Of a stretch of 64,000 nucleotides of DNA, positions 42,626 to 51,291 are shown piece after piece. Origin of the DNA: a virus; IMG/VR virus record IMGVR_UViG_3300000176_000001. One strand, written 5' to 3'. Position 1 is the first letter of the stretch, and every line of letters begins with the position of its first letter. The position numbers were made by a program, and so were the translations under genes. Under the pieces are notes generated by a model. The model saw only the letters and a list, made by a program, of their open reading frames with translations, had not been told where the DNA came from and did no database searches.

Positions 42626-42956
42626 CAGTGACTACCTTGTTATTGAACATGTCACGATTAAGATCTTGGCCAGGAATACCACCACGAAGCCAAGCTACTG
42701 CAAACGATGCATAGTTGATCAGGTCTTTATAGGTATCCTCAAGAGACTCAAAGTTAGCAGAGTCTGCACGGCCAGACTCAAGAAGAGACTGTGCACGGTA
42801 GAGCTTGCCTTGCATGATGTCATGAATAGAGTCTATGCCACGTCGATAGTGCATAGCCTGAACTACATTAGAGTTAGGATTTTGATAGTCTTGAGACTTA
42901 GCTTGCTGAAGGGCAATGCACTCTTGAAGGATGATAACTGATTCACGATCTGACAT
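42612..42956 (-). CDS. Nucleotide-modification-associated domain protein (DUF1599/Nmad1-like)
   Basis: KSQDY...K-x2-R...ESLEDTYKDLINYA. Confidence 0.7.
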   Translation of the reverse strand: MSDRESVIILQECIALQQAKSQDYQNPNSNVVQAMHYRRGIDSIHDIMQGKLYRAQSLLESGRADSANFESLEDTYKDLINYASFAVAWLRGGIPGQDLNRDMFNNKVVTDAHS

Positions 42957-42964
42957 GTTGACTC

Positions 42965-43537
42965 CTAGATGTTGAATACACAGTCGCCATTTTTGGCGGC
43001 ATTATAATGACTATAAATTATATCTTCACTTTTGTACACAGATGTTTTCATATATTTTTTAAAAGACTTAGCATCTGCTACCAACATAAACTTTACTGCA
43101 TAGCTATTGTTATCTTTGTTTTCCTTAAGTTTTCCACAAATAAGGACATCTATTATGTCAAGATTTTTTAAGAAAGTATTTAAAGCTTTCTTAGGATAGG
43201 AAAACCATTTAAAATTATCAGACTCTCCAAATCTTTTTACCTCAATAGTTATTCCGCTAGGAGCATGAGTAAGATCATATGCATACGTGTCTGGATCGAA
43301 CTTATTATGCTCTTTAGTGTTTAAGATAAAGTTTGCATCATACTTTGCTAAAGCATACTCAATCAGCATTTTTTTAGTAGAATTATAGACTTCTTCGTAT
43401 TCTCTTCCATGACGTGTTACTGGATTATTAAAAATATCATCAGTTTTCTTTTTAATAAAGTTCTCAGTTTCTTCAGTCTTTTCTAGATAGATCCATTTAC
43501 CCAATGGAATCTCTTTAGCAAAGTCATTAATAGTCAT
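42965..43537 (-). CDS. AT-rich hypothetical protein, possible PD-(D/E)XK nuclease
   Basis: IEYAL...YDL...IEVK motif spacing; composition differs from the flanks. Confidence 0.5.
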   Translation of the reverse strand: MTINDFAKEIPLGKWIYLEKTEETENFIKKKTDDIFNNPVTRHGREYEEVYNSTKKMLIEYALAKYDANFILNTKEHNKFDPDTYAYDLTHAPSGITIEVKRFGESDNFKWFSYPKKALNTFLKNLDIIDVLICGKLKENKDNNSYAVKFMLVADAKSFKKYMKTSVYKSEDIIYSHYNAAKNGDCVFNI

Positions 43538-43538
43538 C

Positions 43539-43937
43539 TTAGTAGACCTTTTTAAAGTACCCTAGATTGTTCTCATGCGAAGGTGCAACCCAACCCTCAG
43601 GCTTAATAAGATCCGGAAGACCTAATGGATTAGGACGCGACTCCTTGATGCCGACTTGCTTATTCATGTTTGCCTGGTGAACTGCATCCCATGCTGCATG
43701 GGCATCTACGTTCATGGCATCCAGCGTTCCAATAGCCACAACACAGAGATCGATCAAGGCGTCTACTGCATCGTCAGCATTCTCTGCTGAGCGAAGTTCC
43801 TTCATCTCCTCATCGAGGAAACTATAGCGAAACTCTAGAAACTTATGAAGCATCTCATTATCCAGAGAGTCAACTACTTTATGCACACCATAGTGCTTAT
43901 GCATTCGAAATATATCTGCAACCCAATCTTTAGACAT
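43539..43937 (-). CDS. MazG-like all-alpha dNTP pyrophosphatase
   Basis: EEMKEL...DALID...VHQANMNK...KPEGW. Confidence 0.85.
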   Translation of the reverse strand: MSKDWVADIFRMHKHYGVHKVVDSLDNEMLHKFLEFRYSFLDEEMKELRSAENADDAVDALIDLCVVAIGTLDAMNVDAHAAWDAVHQANMNKQVGIKESRPNPLGLPDLIKPEGWVAPSHENNLGYFKKVY

Positions 43938-43939
43938 TC

Positions 43940-44146
43940 TTACCCCACTTTCATCATTGATTGTAATAAAGCATTTCTAGCTTCAAATCCATAGTGTTGA
44001 TCCAGTATATGGATCGAGAAACTAAGCATTGCAGAAGCTAGTAACACCACATCTTGTTCGTTATCACACATCATAATCTGCTGGTGTATAGGTTGTGATA
44101 ACTCCCTAGACCTAGCGTGTAGTTCTTCCTCTCGGGTCATAGCCAT
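43940..44146 (-). CDS. Hypothetical protein
   Basis: 68 aa ORF in operon. Confidence 0.6.
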   Translation of the reverse strand: MAMTREEELHARSRELSQPIHQQIMMCDNEQDVVLLASAMLSFSIHILDQHYGFEARNALLQSMMKVG

Positions 44147-44688
44147 TCAGGTTTATCCCTCTTAGTCCACTTATGTAAGCTTGACTTTCCCATCTTATAA
44201 TAGTTTCTATAATTTGTACATGGGTCATTGCTAATTTTATACTCGTCAGCCATAGCTGACGGCATAGGTGTCCAGTCCCAGGCTTTTAGATTAAAGGGGG
44301 GAGACTGCAGGTCTATGGCCATTTCTGAGCACTTATGCTTCTTGCCATACCGGTAGGTGTACTCATCTAGTAGACCAAATAAATGGTCAGACAACCACGT
44401 GTAGTTCTCTACCGACTCACGGCACCAGACAGCTGATGGGTGGTTGACGTGTGTTGACTTATACATGACAGCTTCCCGGTTGTCTGGTAGTGTCCACTGC
44501 TTTGTCTTACGATAGCGTGGCGGGAAAGAGCCGGCAACATACTTGTCAACGACTTTCATCTCACCGTCGAGTACACGATGGGCTGTAGATAACAACTGGG
44601 CAGACTCCAGTATCATCTTGACGACATGTTTGTCTACCAGACTCTGGGCTGCCTTGACTGGATCATGGTCCACGTAAAAGATATTAAT
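44137..44688 (-). CDS. Pyrimidine-dimer-glycosylase-like (DenV-related) protein, probable ATT start
   Basis: (M)NIFYVDHDP...DKHVVKMILESAQLLSTAH...HVNHPSAVW...EYTYRYGKKH. Confidence 0.78.
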   Translation of the reverse strand: MNIFYVDHDPVKAAQSLVDKHVVKMILESAQLLSTAHRVLDGEMKVVDKYVAGSFPPRYRKTKQWTLPDNREAVMYKSTHVNHPSAVWCRESVENYTWLSDHLFGLLDEYTYRYGKKHKCSEMAIDLQSPPFNLKAWDWTPMPSAMADEYKISNDPCTNYRNYYKMGKSSLHKWTKRDKPEWL

Positions 44689-44713
44689 GGCCGCCTCCTG
44701 TGCTCCATTATCT

Positions 44714-44742
44714 ATGGTATCACATGATCCAGTATTTGTACA
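44714..44742 (-). promoter_or_regulatory. Early promoter TGTACA-N17-TACCAT
   Basis: Recurrent motif. Confidence 0.72.
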
Positions 44743-44745
44743 CAG

Positions 44746-45219
44746 TTATTTTCGGCGCTTGAAGGCTAGATCCCGGTGGTACTTATTTGCCCGGTTATAG
44801 AAGATAATACCATCCAGATGGTCCATCTCGTGCTGGAATGCCCTAGCAGACATGCCCACAAATGTCTCGGTCCTAGTATCACCATTAGGAGTCTGGAACC
44901 TGACCTTGATGTGTCTCGGTCTCTTTATCTTTACAAAGAGACCGGGATATGTCAGACAACCCTCCTCTAAAAGATTCGTCTCAGAAGAAACATCCACTAT
45001 CCTAGGATTAAAGCAGACAAAGTTTTCAGGAGAACCGCGTAGTGCAAACACACGATACGGAAGACCGACCTGATTAGCAGACACACCTATACCATTTCTC
45101 TCATGCAAGAGTCTAACAAGATCTTGTGCAAGTTCTATTGGATCCACCGGTGGATTCTCAAAGTCAAACTTCTCACACACCTTAGTAAGAATAGGATCAT
45201 TCTCATCAACCAATTTCAT
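44746..45219 (-). CDS. def: Peptide deformylase
   Basis: GIGVSANQVG, EGCLT, QHEMDHLDG. Confidence 0.95.
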   Translation of the reverse strand: MKLVDENDPILTKVCEKFDFENPPVDPIELAQDLVRLLHERNGIGVSANQVGLPYRVFALRGSPENFVCFNPRIVDVSSETNLLEEGCLTYPGLFVKIKRPRHIKVRFQTPNGDTRTETFVGMSARAFQHEMDHLDGIIFYNRANKYHRDLAFKRRK

Positions 45220-45388
45220 CTTCAGGATCCTTTGCGCTTAGAGTAACTGTATTCTTAATCTCGTCAACTTCCCACCATAGTGCTGTGTTCTCACCCCATC
45301 CCATCTCTTTCAAGAGATCTTCAGGTAGCTCGATAAACAACTCACCATTTTCATCTTCTTTCACGTCTGTAAACCATGTCTTCTTCAT
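45206..45388 (-). CDS. AbrB/MazE-like small DNA-binding protein
   Basis: GELFIELPEDLLKEMGWGEN pattern. Confidence 0.6.
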   Translation of the reverse strand: MKKTWFTDVKEDENGELFIELPEDLLKEMGWGENTALWWEVDEIKNTVTLSAKDPEDEIG

Positions 45389-47094
45389 TTTGCAATCCTA
45401 CTAAAGTTTTGGTTCTTCTCAAACTTAATTACATTCTCAAACTTATCACCAATCTGATCTGATTTATGACTGATGATAAACGTGTTTGTATCGACTGTTA
45501 GTTGATTTAATATCTTCATAAACTCCTCAATGCCTGTAGAGTCAAGCGAGCTGTCAAAGACTTCATCCATGATTAGGATATTCGTGTTGATAGAGTTGCG
45601 AAGTTTAGCTACAGCTCTCCATGTAAACAAGATAGCAAGATTGATACGCATCTTCTCACCCTCTGAGAAAGAGGCATAGCTAAACTCATCACGGAATCTT
45701 GACTTAATAGTCTCATTAAACTCCTCATCTAGTTCAAACTGAACGACAAACTCTAGAGCCGCAAGATACTTGTTGATAAGCTTATTGATGACAGGGATAT
45801 ACTGCTTGATAATACGCGACTTAATACCACCATCCTTTAACAGTGATGCTGCAGCATTGAGTGTGATCTTCTCTTCCTCTTTATCCTTCAAGTCATTAAT
45901 GACAGACGTTAAGGATGCCTGTAACTCAACAAGCTTGCTATCATCGATCTCCTCATTAGTCTTCTCAATAGACTCAATCTCTGTCTGAAGCTCTTTACGA
46001 TAAGCAGCTAGTGACTCCATCTTTGTCTTGATGCGATGACACTCTAGATTCTTATCGCTAATACTAGCATGCACCTCGGAAACCTCTGATATTCTCGTAC
46101 TAACTTTATCATACTCCAATGATAACTGCACGAGTCCTTCTTTGATATCACCAATCTTTGCCTGCTTAGTATCGATAGCCTCAGCCTTAAAGACTGAGTT
46201 GATCTGCTGAGTACATGTAGGGCAATTGTCATACTCATGGAAGAACTTAACATCCTTGTTGAGGATATCTAAGTTAGCCTCAATACGCTGCTTTAGTGTC
46301 GACAGTTGATTTATCTTCTTAGACACAGATGGCTCATCAGCTATACTGTCCTGAAGAGTCTTGATGCCAGCTGTTACAGTCCAGTACTCTTTATCAAGAG
46401 TTTCAATACTCTCATTTGTCGTTGCAATACGATCCATCTTATCCTTAATGATGGCTTCATTACTGTTCTGTATCTGCCTAAGATGCTCGCTGATAAGACT
46501 CATCTTCTCGTTGATAAGTCTCTTCTGACTATTAGCCTCGACTATGGCATCCTTGTTAGTTGTTATCTTATCCTTAAGAAGTGTATTCATAGTCGTAAAG
46601 ATCTGGAGATCCAATAGATCCTCAATGATCTCTCGGCGTTGTCCACCAGGCAACTGCATGAATGGCTGGAATGTTGCAGACCCAAGAACAACTACTTGGC
46701 AGAATGACTTATGATTGATCTTGAGAATGTGCTTCTCTAAGATCTCTTGATAGTCCTTCATCTCTGCAGACTGGTTGATGAGGTTATCATTCTGATAGAC
46801 CTCAAAGACTCCTGGCTTTAGTCCACGAACGATCTTATAGCTGTGAGGATGAATATCAAACTCTACCTCGACAACTGCTTCCTTCTTAGTGATCGAGTTG
46901 ACTAGTTGTGGCTTATTGACTTTACGAAATGGCTTACTAAAGAGAGAAAACGACAGCGCGTCGAGAATGGTGGATTTACCTGCACCATTCTCTCCGATGA
47001 TTAATGTCGTGTTACTCTTATTAAATTCTATCTCACTAAAGACATTACCTGTTGAAAGAAAGTTCTTCCAACGGATCTTCTTAAAAACTATCAT
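45385..47094 (-). CDS. 46: Rad50/SbcC-like recombination ATPase gp46
   Basis: GENGAGKS, CPTC zinc hook, FSEGE signature, IMDEVFD. Confidence 0.96.
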   Translation of the reverse strand: MIVFKKIRWKNFLSTGNVFSEIEFNKSNTTLIIGENGAGKSTILDALSFSLFSKPFRKVNKPQLVNSITKKEAVVEVEFDIHPHSYKIVRGLKPGVFEVYQNDNLINQSAEMKDYQEILEKHILKINHKSFCQVVVLGSATFQPFMQLPGGQRREIIEDLLDLQIFTTMNTLLKDKITTNKDAIVEANSQKRLINEKMSLISEHLRQIQNSNEAIIKDKMDRIATTNESIETLDKEYWTVTAGIKTLQDSIADEPSVSKKINQLSTLKQRIEANLDILNKDVKFFHEYDNCPTCTQQINSVFKAEAIDTKQAKIGDIKEGLVQLSLEYDKVSTRISEVSEVHASISDKNLECHRIKTKMESLAAYRKELQTEIESIEKTNEEIDDSKLVELQASLTSVINDLKDKEEEKITLNAAASLLKDGGIKSRIIKQYIPVINKLINKYLAALEFVVQFELDEEFNETIKSRFRDEFSYASFSEGEKMRINLAILFTWRAVAKLRNSINTNILIMDEVFDSSLDSTGIEEFMKILNQLTVDTNTFIISHKSDQIGDKFENVIKFEKNQNFSRIAK

Positions 47095-48146
47095 GCTATA
47101 TTCAATGCCTCATTGTATAGATTAACAATTGTTGTCTCTAGTCTAGCCTTATTTACACCGGCAGAATTTATCTGGTCAATATACTTTTTAAAGATATCAA
47201 TAGTAGACTCAGCCTCATTGACGATATTGTCGTCAGTCTCAAGATTAAGATTTAAGTTATCCTCTACGATCTGAAGATTAAGAGGATGAGCTGCCTCGAT
47301 CTTAGATATCAATACATCGAATAGGTATGGATTAGTCTTATTCTTTACAATGACCTTAATAATCTTATCTTTAATCATATCGGGATCAATAATAGGCTTA
47401 AAGTCTTTACTATCGTCATACCAAATCTTCTCAAACATTGTATATGGATTTTTGACGAATGTCAACTCCTTCGTCTCTGTATCAAAGATGTGAAACCCTC
47501 GAGGATCATCGTAATCGCTCCAAGTAAACTGTCCATGACTGCCCAGATAGCGAATATTACCAGCACTAGACCTATGATGATAATGCCCAGAACATACGAG
47601 ATCAAAGCGACCAAAGAGATCAGGGCTGTCGCCGTGTGAGACGGGGCTTCCGCGATACATATGGAAGCCCGATAGCTCCAGGTGTCCCATGACGACAGCA
47701 GCCTTTGTATTATTGATCGCATATAGTGACTCCTCGCGGTTCTCATCGTTTATCCACGGCAGGAACAGAACCTTGGTGCCGTCGGCGTCTATCTCAGCTG
47801 GTCTCGTGTGTATCTCGATGTCGTACTTGCGATCGACGATCTCATCGAGTGCGTTGACGCTATTGGTGTTCTTGTAGAAGACGTCGTGGTTGCCCGCGAT
47901 GATCTTCATCTCAATGTCGTTGTGCCACAGCCGCTCTAGGAAGTCTTCCCTGAGGCGTTTAGCTGTGAGAAAGTTGATGTACTTACGGCGATCAACCAAG
48001 TCGCCCAGATGCCACACATCGCTGATCCCATCACGAAGTAGGGTAGGGAAGAATATATCATCGAGGAAACGCTTGGTGTTGTCGATGAAGGCGATGTTGT
48101 CATTGCGAATCCCCCAGTGAGTGTCCGTTATCAGTGCTACCTTCAT
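47091..48146 (-). CDS. 47: Mre11/SbcD-like nuclease gp47
   Basis: DTHWG, GDLVD, GNHD, GHYH; likely start MKVALITD. Confidence 0.95.
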   Translation of the reverse strand: MKVALITDTHWGIRNDNIAFIDNTKRFLDDIFFPTLLRDGISDVWHLGDLVDRRKYINFLTAKRLREDFLERLWHNDIEMKIIAGNHDVFYKNTNSVNALDEIVDRKYDIEIHTRPAEIDADGTKVLFLPWINDENREESLYAINNTKAAVVMGHLELSGFHMYRGSPVSHGDSPDLFGRFDLVCSGHYHHRSSAGNIRYLGSHGQFTWSDYDDPRGFHIFDTETKELTFVKNPYTMFEKIWYDDSKDFKPIIDPDMIKDKIIKVIVKNKTNPYLFDVLISKIEAAHPLNLQIVEDNLNLNLETDDNIVNEAESTIDIFKKYIDQINSAGVNKARLETTIVNLYNEALNIA

Positions 48147-48660
48147 TAACCATCTCCAACTTCTTTTTCTTTTCAAGTTTCGCAGCCGCGATCTTATCCT
48201 CAAAAGCTTTAATCACGTTATCAGTATGCTCGTTTGTATTCATGACAGCACCGTCCATATGGTCTTCCATAAGGAATGTATTCTGATAGTTCTTGTGCTT
48301 AATATATGACTGCTTCTTCTCCATCGTGATCCTTCGAATGAAAGCATTCCAAGCAATCTGTGTAAAATAAGCAAATGGATTTTGTGTTCTTGTCGGGTCA
48401 AAGTTACTAACCGATGCCACACAGTTCTCGATGCCGTCAGATATCATGTCGTCTCTATAAGAGTAGTTCATGAAGTTAGGCTTAGTGGATAGCTTCTTAC
48501 ATATGAGCATTAAACACTCACCTATATATCTTGGAATCTGCGGTCTATTTCGACCCTCTGCTTCTGCCAACTTACAAGCTTCCTTGTACTTAACCATCTC
48601 CTCGTACATCGTCTTGTTATTGACATAGTGTTTTCTCGGTTTAGCTACTTTAACTGACAT
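48100..48660 (-). CDS. 55: Late sigma factor gp55
   Basis: HYVNNK, PNFMNYSYRDDMISDGIENC, NPFAYFTQI. Confidence 0.95.
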   Translation of the reverse strand: MSVKVAKPRKHYVNNKTMYEEMVKYKEACKLAEAEGRNRPQIPRYIGECLMLICKKLSTKPNFMNYSYRDDMISDGIENCVASVSNFDPTRTQNPFAYFTQIAWNAFIRRITMEKKQSYIKHKNYQNTFLMEDHMDGAVMNTNEHTDNVIKAFEDKIAAAKLEKKKKLEMVNEGSTDNGHSLGDSQ

Positions 48661-48663
48661 TTA

Positions 48664-50106
48664 TTATACCTCTAATTTTACTGTGTATGTCTTGTACTTA
48701 AACTGCTCCTCGTTATAGATCTTAATTCTCTCGGCAAAGTGCTTCAATGTGGTGTTCTGCTTCTTCTTATATGTCAAGTCATCGGCTATGTCATATAGAG
48801 TAGCTATGTCTTTATCCTCAGCAGTTCTCAATGCTCTGCCTATAGACTGAAGGTTTCTAACCCTAGACTTAGACGGTGATCCAAAGATGATGTTATGTAG
48901 TCTCTTGATATTGACACCAGTAGAGAACGTGCCATAACTTGCCACGATGATGCAGTTGTCCTCGGACTCTACAAGCTTTCTAATAGCTTCTCTGTCCTCG
49001 CCCTCGACACTTCCGGCAACATAGAATACTTTACGGCCGGTCTTGGCTAAGTCATCATATAGTATCTTACCATGCTTCTCGACATATTGAAACAGTAAAA
49101 GTGTGTTGCCCTTCAATGAAAGTGCAAGGTTCTTGATAAATGTATTTCTCTGCTCACACTTGACAAGCCAGTCCATTTCAGTCTGGTAGTCGGCGTTGCT
49201 TAGTATCTGCCTAGCTGTTGGTGGATATTGTAGTAAGATTGCCTTTATTCGAAAGTTTGATAAATGCTTGTTCTCAATAAGTTCAGCAGTTGTAGTAACC
49301 TTCTTGACTGGACCAAAGAGTCCCTCGAGCACGTACCTGTGTGTCTTTGTACCATCTAGTGTTCCTGTCAGGCCAAAGCGATACTTACAGTGATCTAGCT
49401 TTGCCATGATGGATTGAAGGGACTTAGCAGTGAATAGATGAACCTCGTCTCCAATCACTAAGTCATATTGACCAAAGAAGTTCTTATCTAGCTTATAGAT
49501 GGATTGCCATGTCGAGATGGTTACCCACTTGTCTGTTTGCTTGCTCTCGCCTGCATAGATCTTATGAACATCTTCCTCTGCGTCAAATCCATAGTCTTTA
49601 AAGTCTGTCGCTAGCTGGCTGACAAGAGAGGTAGTCGGCACAATGATGAGTGTCTTTAAGTTATAGTATCTCAGCATTAGATAGATTATGAGAGACTTAC
49701 CGGATCCAGTAGGCGATAGCAGAATAGATCTACTATTTCTTACGGCGTGTGCAAATGCACTGAGCTGATAGTCTCTAGGCTCCATGGTAAGACCATAGTG
49801 TTTCGTATCTGCCTGCGCGTCGACTATAGAGAAGTTCTTTGCAGCGAAGTCATCTAAGAACTCCAGCTCATACCCACGCTCACGACAAAACTTCTCAAGA
49901 TAGATCGTCAGGCCACCATAGAGTTGGCAGGACATATGGTTGAATAGTCTGATCTTCCCATCCCACATTTTGTTGCGGAATGTAGGCATAAACTTAGCAC
50001 CAGGAACGTCAAATGTAAAGTGCTCTCGCAGCTCATATGCTACTCCTGGATCACAGATAACCTTGTTGTAAGTCTCATTAATCTTCTTTAACTGTATTAA
50101 TTCCAT
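48664..50106 (-). CDS. uvsW: UvsW helicase
   Basis: PRDYQ, SPTGSGKS, DEVH, GLTGT, QSIGR. Confidence 0.95.
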   Translation of the reverse strand: MELIQLKKINETYNKVICDPGVAYELREHFTFDVPGAKFMPTFRNKMWDGKIRLFNHMSCQLYGGLTIYLEKFCRERGYELEFLDDFAAKNFSIVDAQADTKHYGLTMEPRDYQLSAFAHAVRNSRSILLSPTGSGKSLIIYLMLRYYNLKTLIIVPTTSLVSQLATDFKDYGFDAEEDVHKIYAGESKQTDKWVTISTWQSIYKLDKNFFGQYDLVIGDEVHLFTAKSLQSIMAKLDHCKYRFGLTGTLDGTKTHRYVLEGLFGPVKKVTTTAELIENKHLSNFRIKAILLQYPPTARQILSNADYQTEMDWLVKCEQRNTFIKNLALSLKGNTLLLFQYVEKHGKILYDDLAKTGRKVFYVAGSVEGEDREAIRKLVESEDNCIIVASYGTFSTGVNIKRLHNIIFGSPSKSRVRNLQSIGRALRTAEDKDIATLYDIADDLTYKKKQNTTLKHFAERIKIYNEEQFKYKTYTVKLEV

Positions 50107-50540
50107 TATCCGCCCTGAATAAATTTGTTCCAATCAATTGCATTTTTAATCTGGAATCCACGATTTGAAATAGTCTTAATAATATTCTCTAACAATTCTA
50201 TCTTCTCTAACTGATAGCCGATCTTGAGGTTAAGCTCAATGATCTCTTTATCAGACTCCATATACATTGGAAGGTCTGCTTTAAGGATCATTCCTCTTGA
50301 AGGAAGTTCCCATCCTTTGTCCTGTGTCTCTTTTGTGTGTCCTTGTGTATAGAACTCATACTTCTCTAACTTTAAGATCTTTGCATCAGCCTCAAGCTTC
50401 CTTAATAGGAGTCTCTCATTTGTAAAGATCTTATAATACTTATGATGCAGCTGGGGTATCTTTAGTGACTCATCCGACAACTCAGTACGGTCAATCTTGC
50501 TATCAGTCTCCCATAGTGCAAATATATCTTCAATCTTCAC
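50106..50540 (-). CDS. uvsY: Recombination mediator UvsY
   Basis: ESLKIPQLHHKY...RGFQIKNAIDW. Confidence 0.92.
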   Translation of the reverse strand: MKIEDIFALWETDSKIDRTELSDESLKIPQLHHKYYKIFTNERLLLRKLEADAKILKLEKYEFYTQGHTKETQDKGWELPSRGMILKADLPMYMESDKEIIELNLKIGYQLEKIELLENIIKTISNRGFQIKNAIDWNKFIQGG

Positions 50541-50580
50541 GTGATACTACTCCAGGACAACTATAACACAATTATAGTTT

Positions 50581-50609
50581 ACTATATCATAGAATTTAAT
50601 TAATGTACA
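50581..50609 (-). promoter_or_regulatory. Early promoter TGTACA-N17-TATAGT
   Basis: Recurrent motif upstream of uvsY. Confidence 0.75.
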
Positions 50610-50610
50610 A

Positions 50611-51138
50611 CTATATTTTTTCTATCTCAAAGAAAATATATCTAAATGTAGCACTACATGTCATGTAATTAATACTATCGTCTGTAGTAGCGAACTGTAA
50701 TGGTCCTATAGCAACAGGAATACACTCTCTAAAATTAACCTGAAAGTTAGCAACTTTTATTCCATTTGATATTAAAAGAGTTATATCTGATCTTAATCCA
50801 TTACCGGCAGTTATTGGCATAGATGATATCTGTTGATATTGGTTAAAGTCTGCAGGAAAACCAAGCTCAGATAGCCATGTATATATCTCGAGATAATTCT
50901 GTAAGTCCTCATCGACCTTAAAGACTATATTTAAATCATCATAGTAAAGACGATCTCCTGTCATAGGAATATTAGAGAACGGTGTCGGCTGCAAAGGATT
51001 CATAAACGATACACCAGGAAGATTAATAGATTGTATAAAGAAGTTAAGGTGTGGTGCCCTTTGAAGTGAGAAGTCAAAGTTAAGTGGACTTAAAAAGTTC
51101 TTGTTTAAAGGCGTTGTTGTATCCGCAACCATATTCAT
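50611..51138 (-). CDS. 3: Tail tube terminator/completion protein gp3
   Basis: NFLSPLNF...NLPG...FKVDEDLQNYLEIYTW; synteny 23-3-uvsY. Confidence 0.85.
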   Translation of the reverse strand: MNMVADTTTPLNKNFLSPLNFDFSLQRAPHLNFFIQSINLPGVSFMNPLQPTPFSNIPMTGDRLYYDDLNIVFKVDEDLQNYLEIYTWLSELGFPADFNQYQQISSMPITAGNGLRSDITLLISNGIKVANFQVNFRECIPVAIGPLQFATTDDSINYMTCSATFRYIFFEIEKI

Positions 51139-51210
51139 CTCCGGTCATTGTATACCTATTTATCACAGAGGCTTAATACCTATTATACACACTATTACGG
51201 TAATGTACAT

Positions 51211-51236
51211 AAAAAAAGGCGGCCCGTAGGCCGCCT
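51211..51236 (-). terminator. Intrinsic terminator after gp23
   Basis: AGGCGGCC-TACG-GGCCGCCT followed by a T-run. Confidence 0.88.
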
Positions 51237-51291
51237 AGTTTCTGTCTGGTTAACCCAGATCTTTTTTGTCACTACTGTGACAATATTGTCA

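Noticed and set aside
47600-48120. GC-richer patch in gp47 as a foreign insertion
   Set aside because: The protein motifs are continuous with no boundaries or repeats; at most a homologous allele swap, which I cannot quantify by eye.
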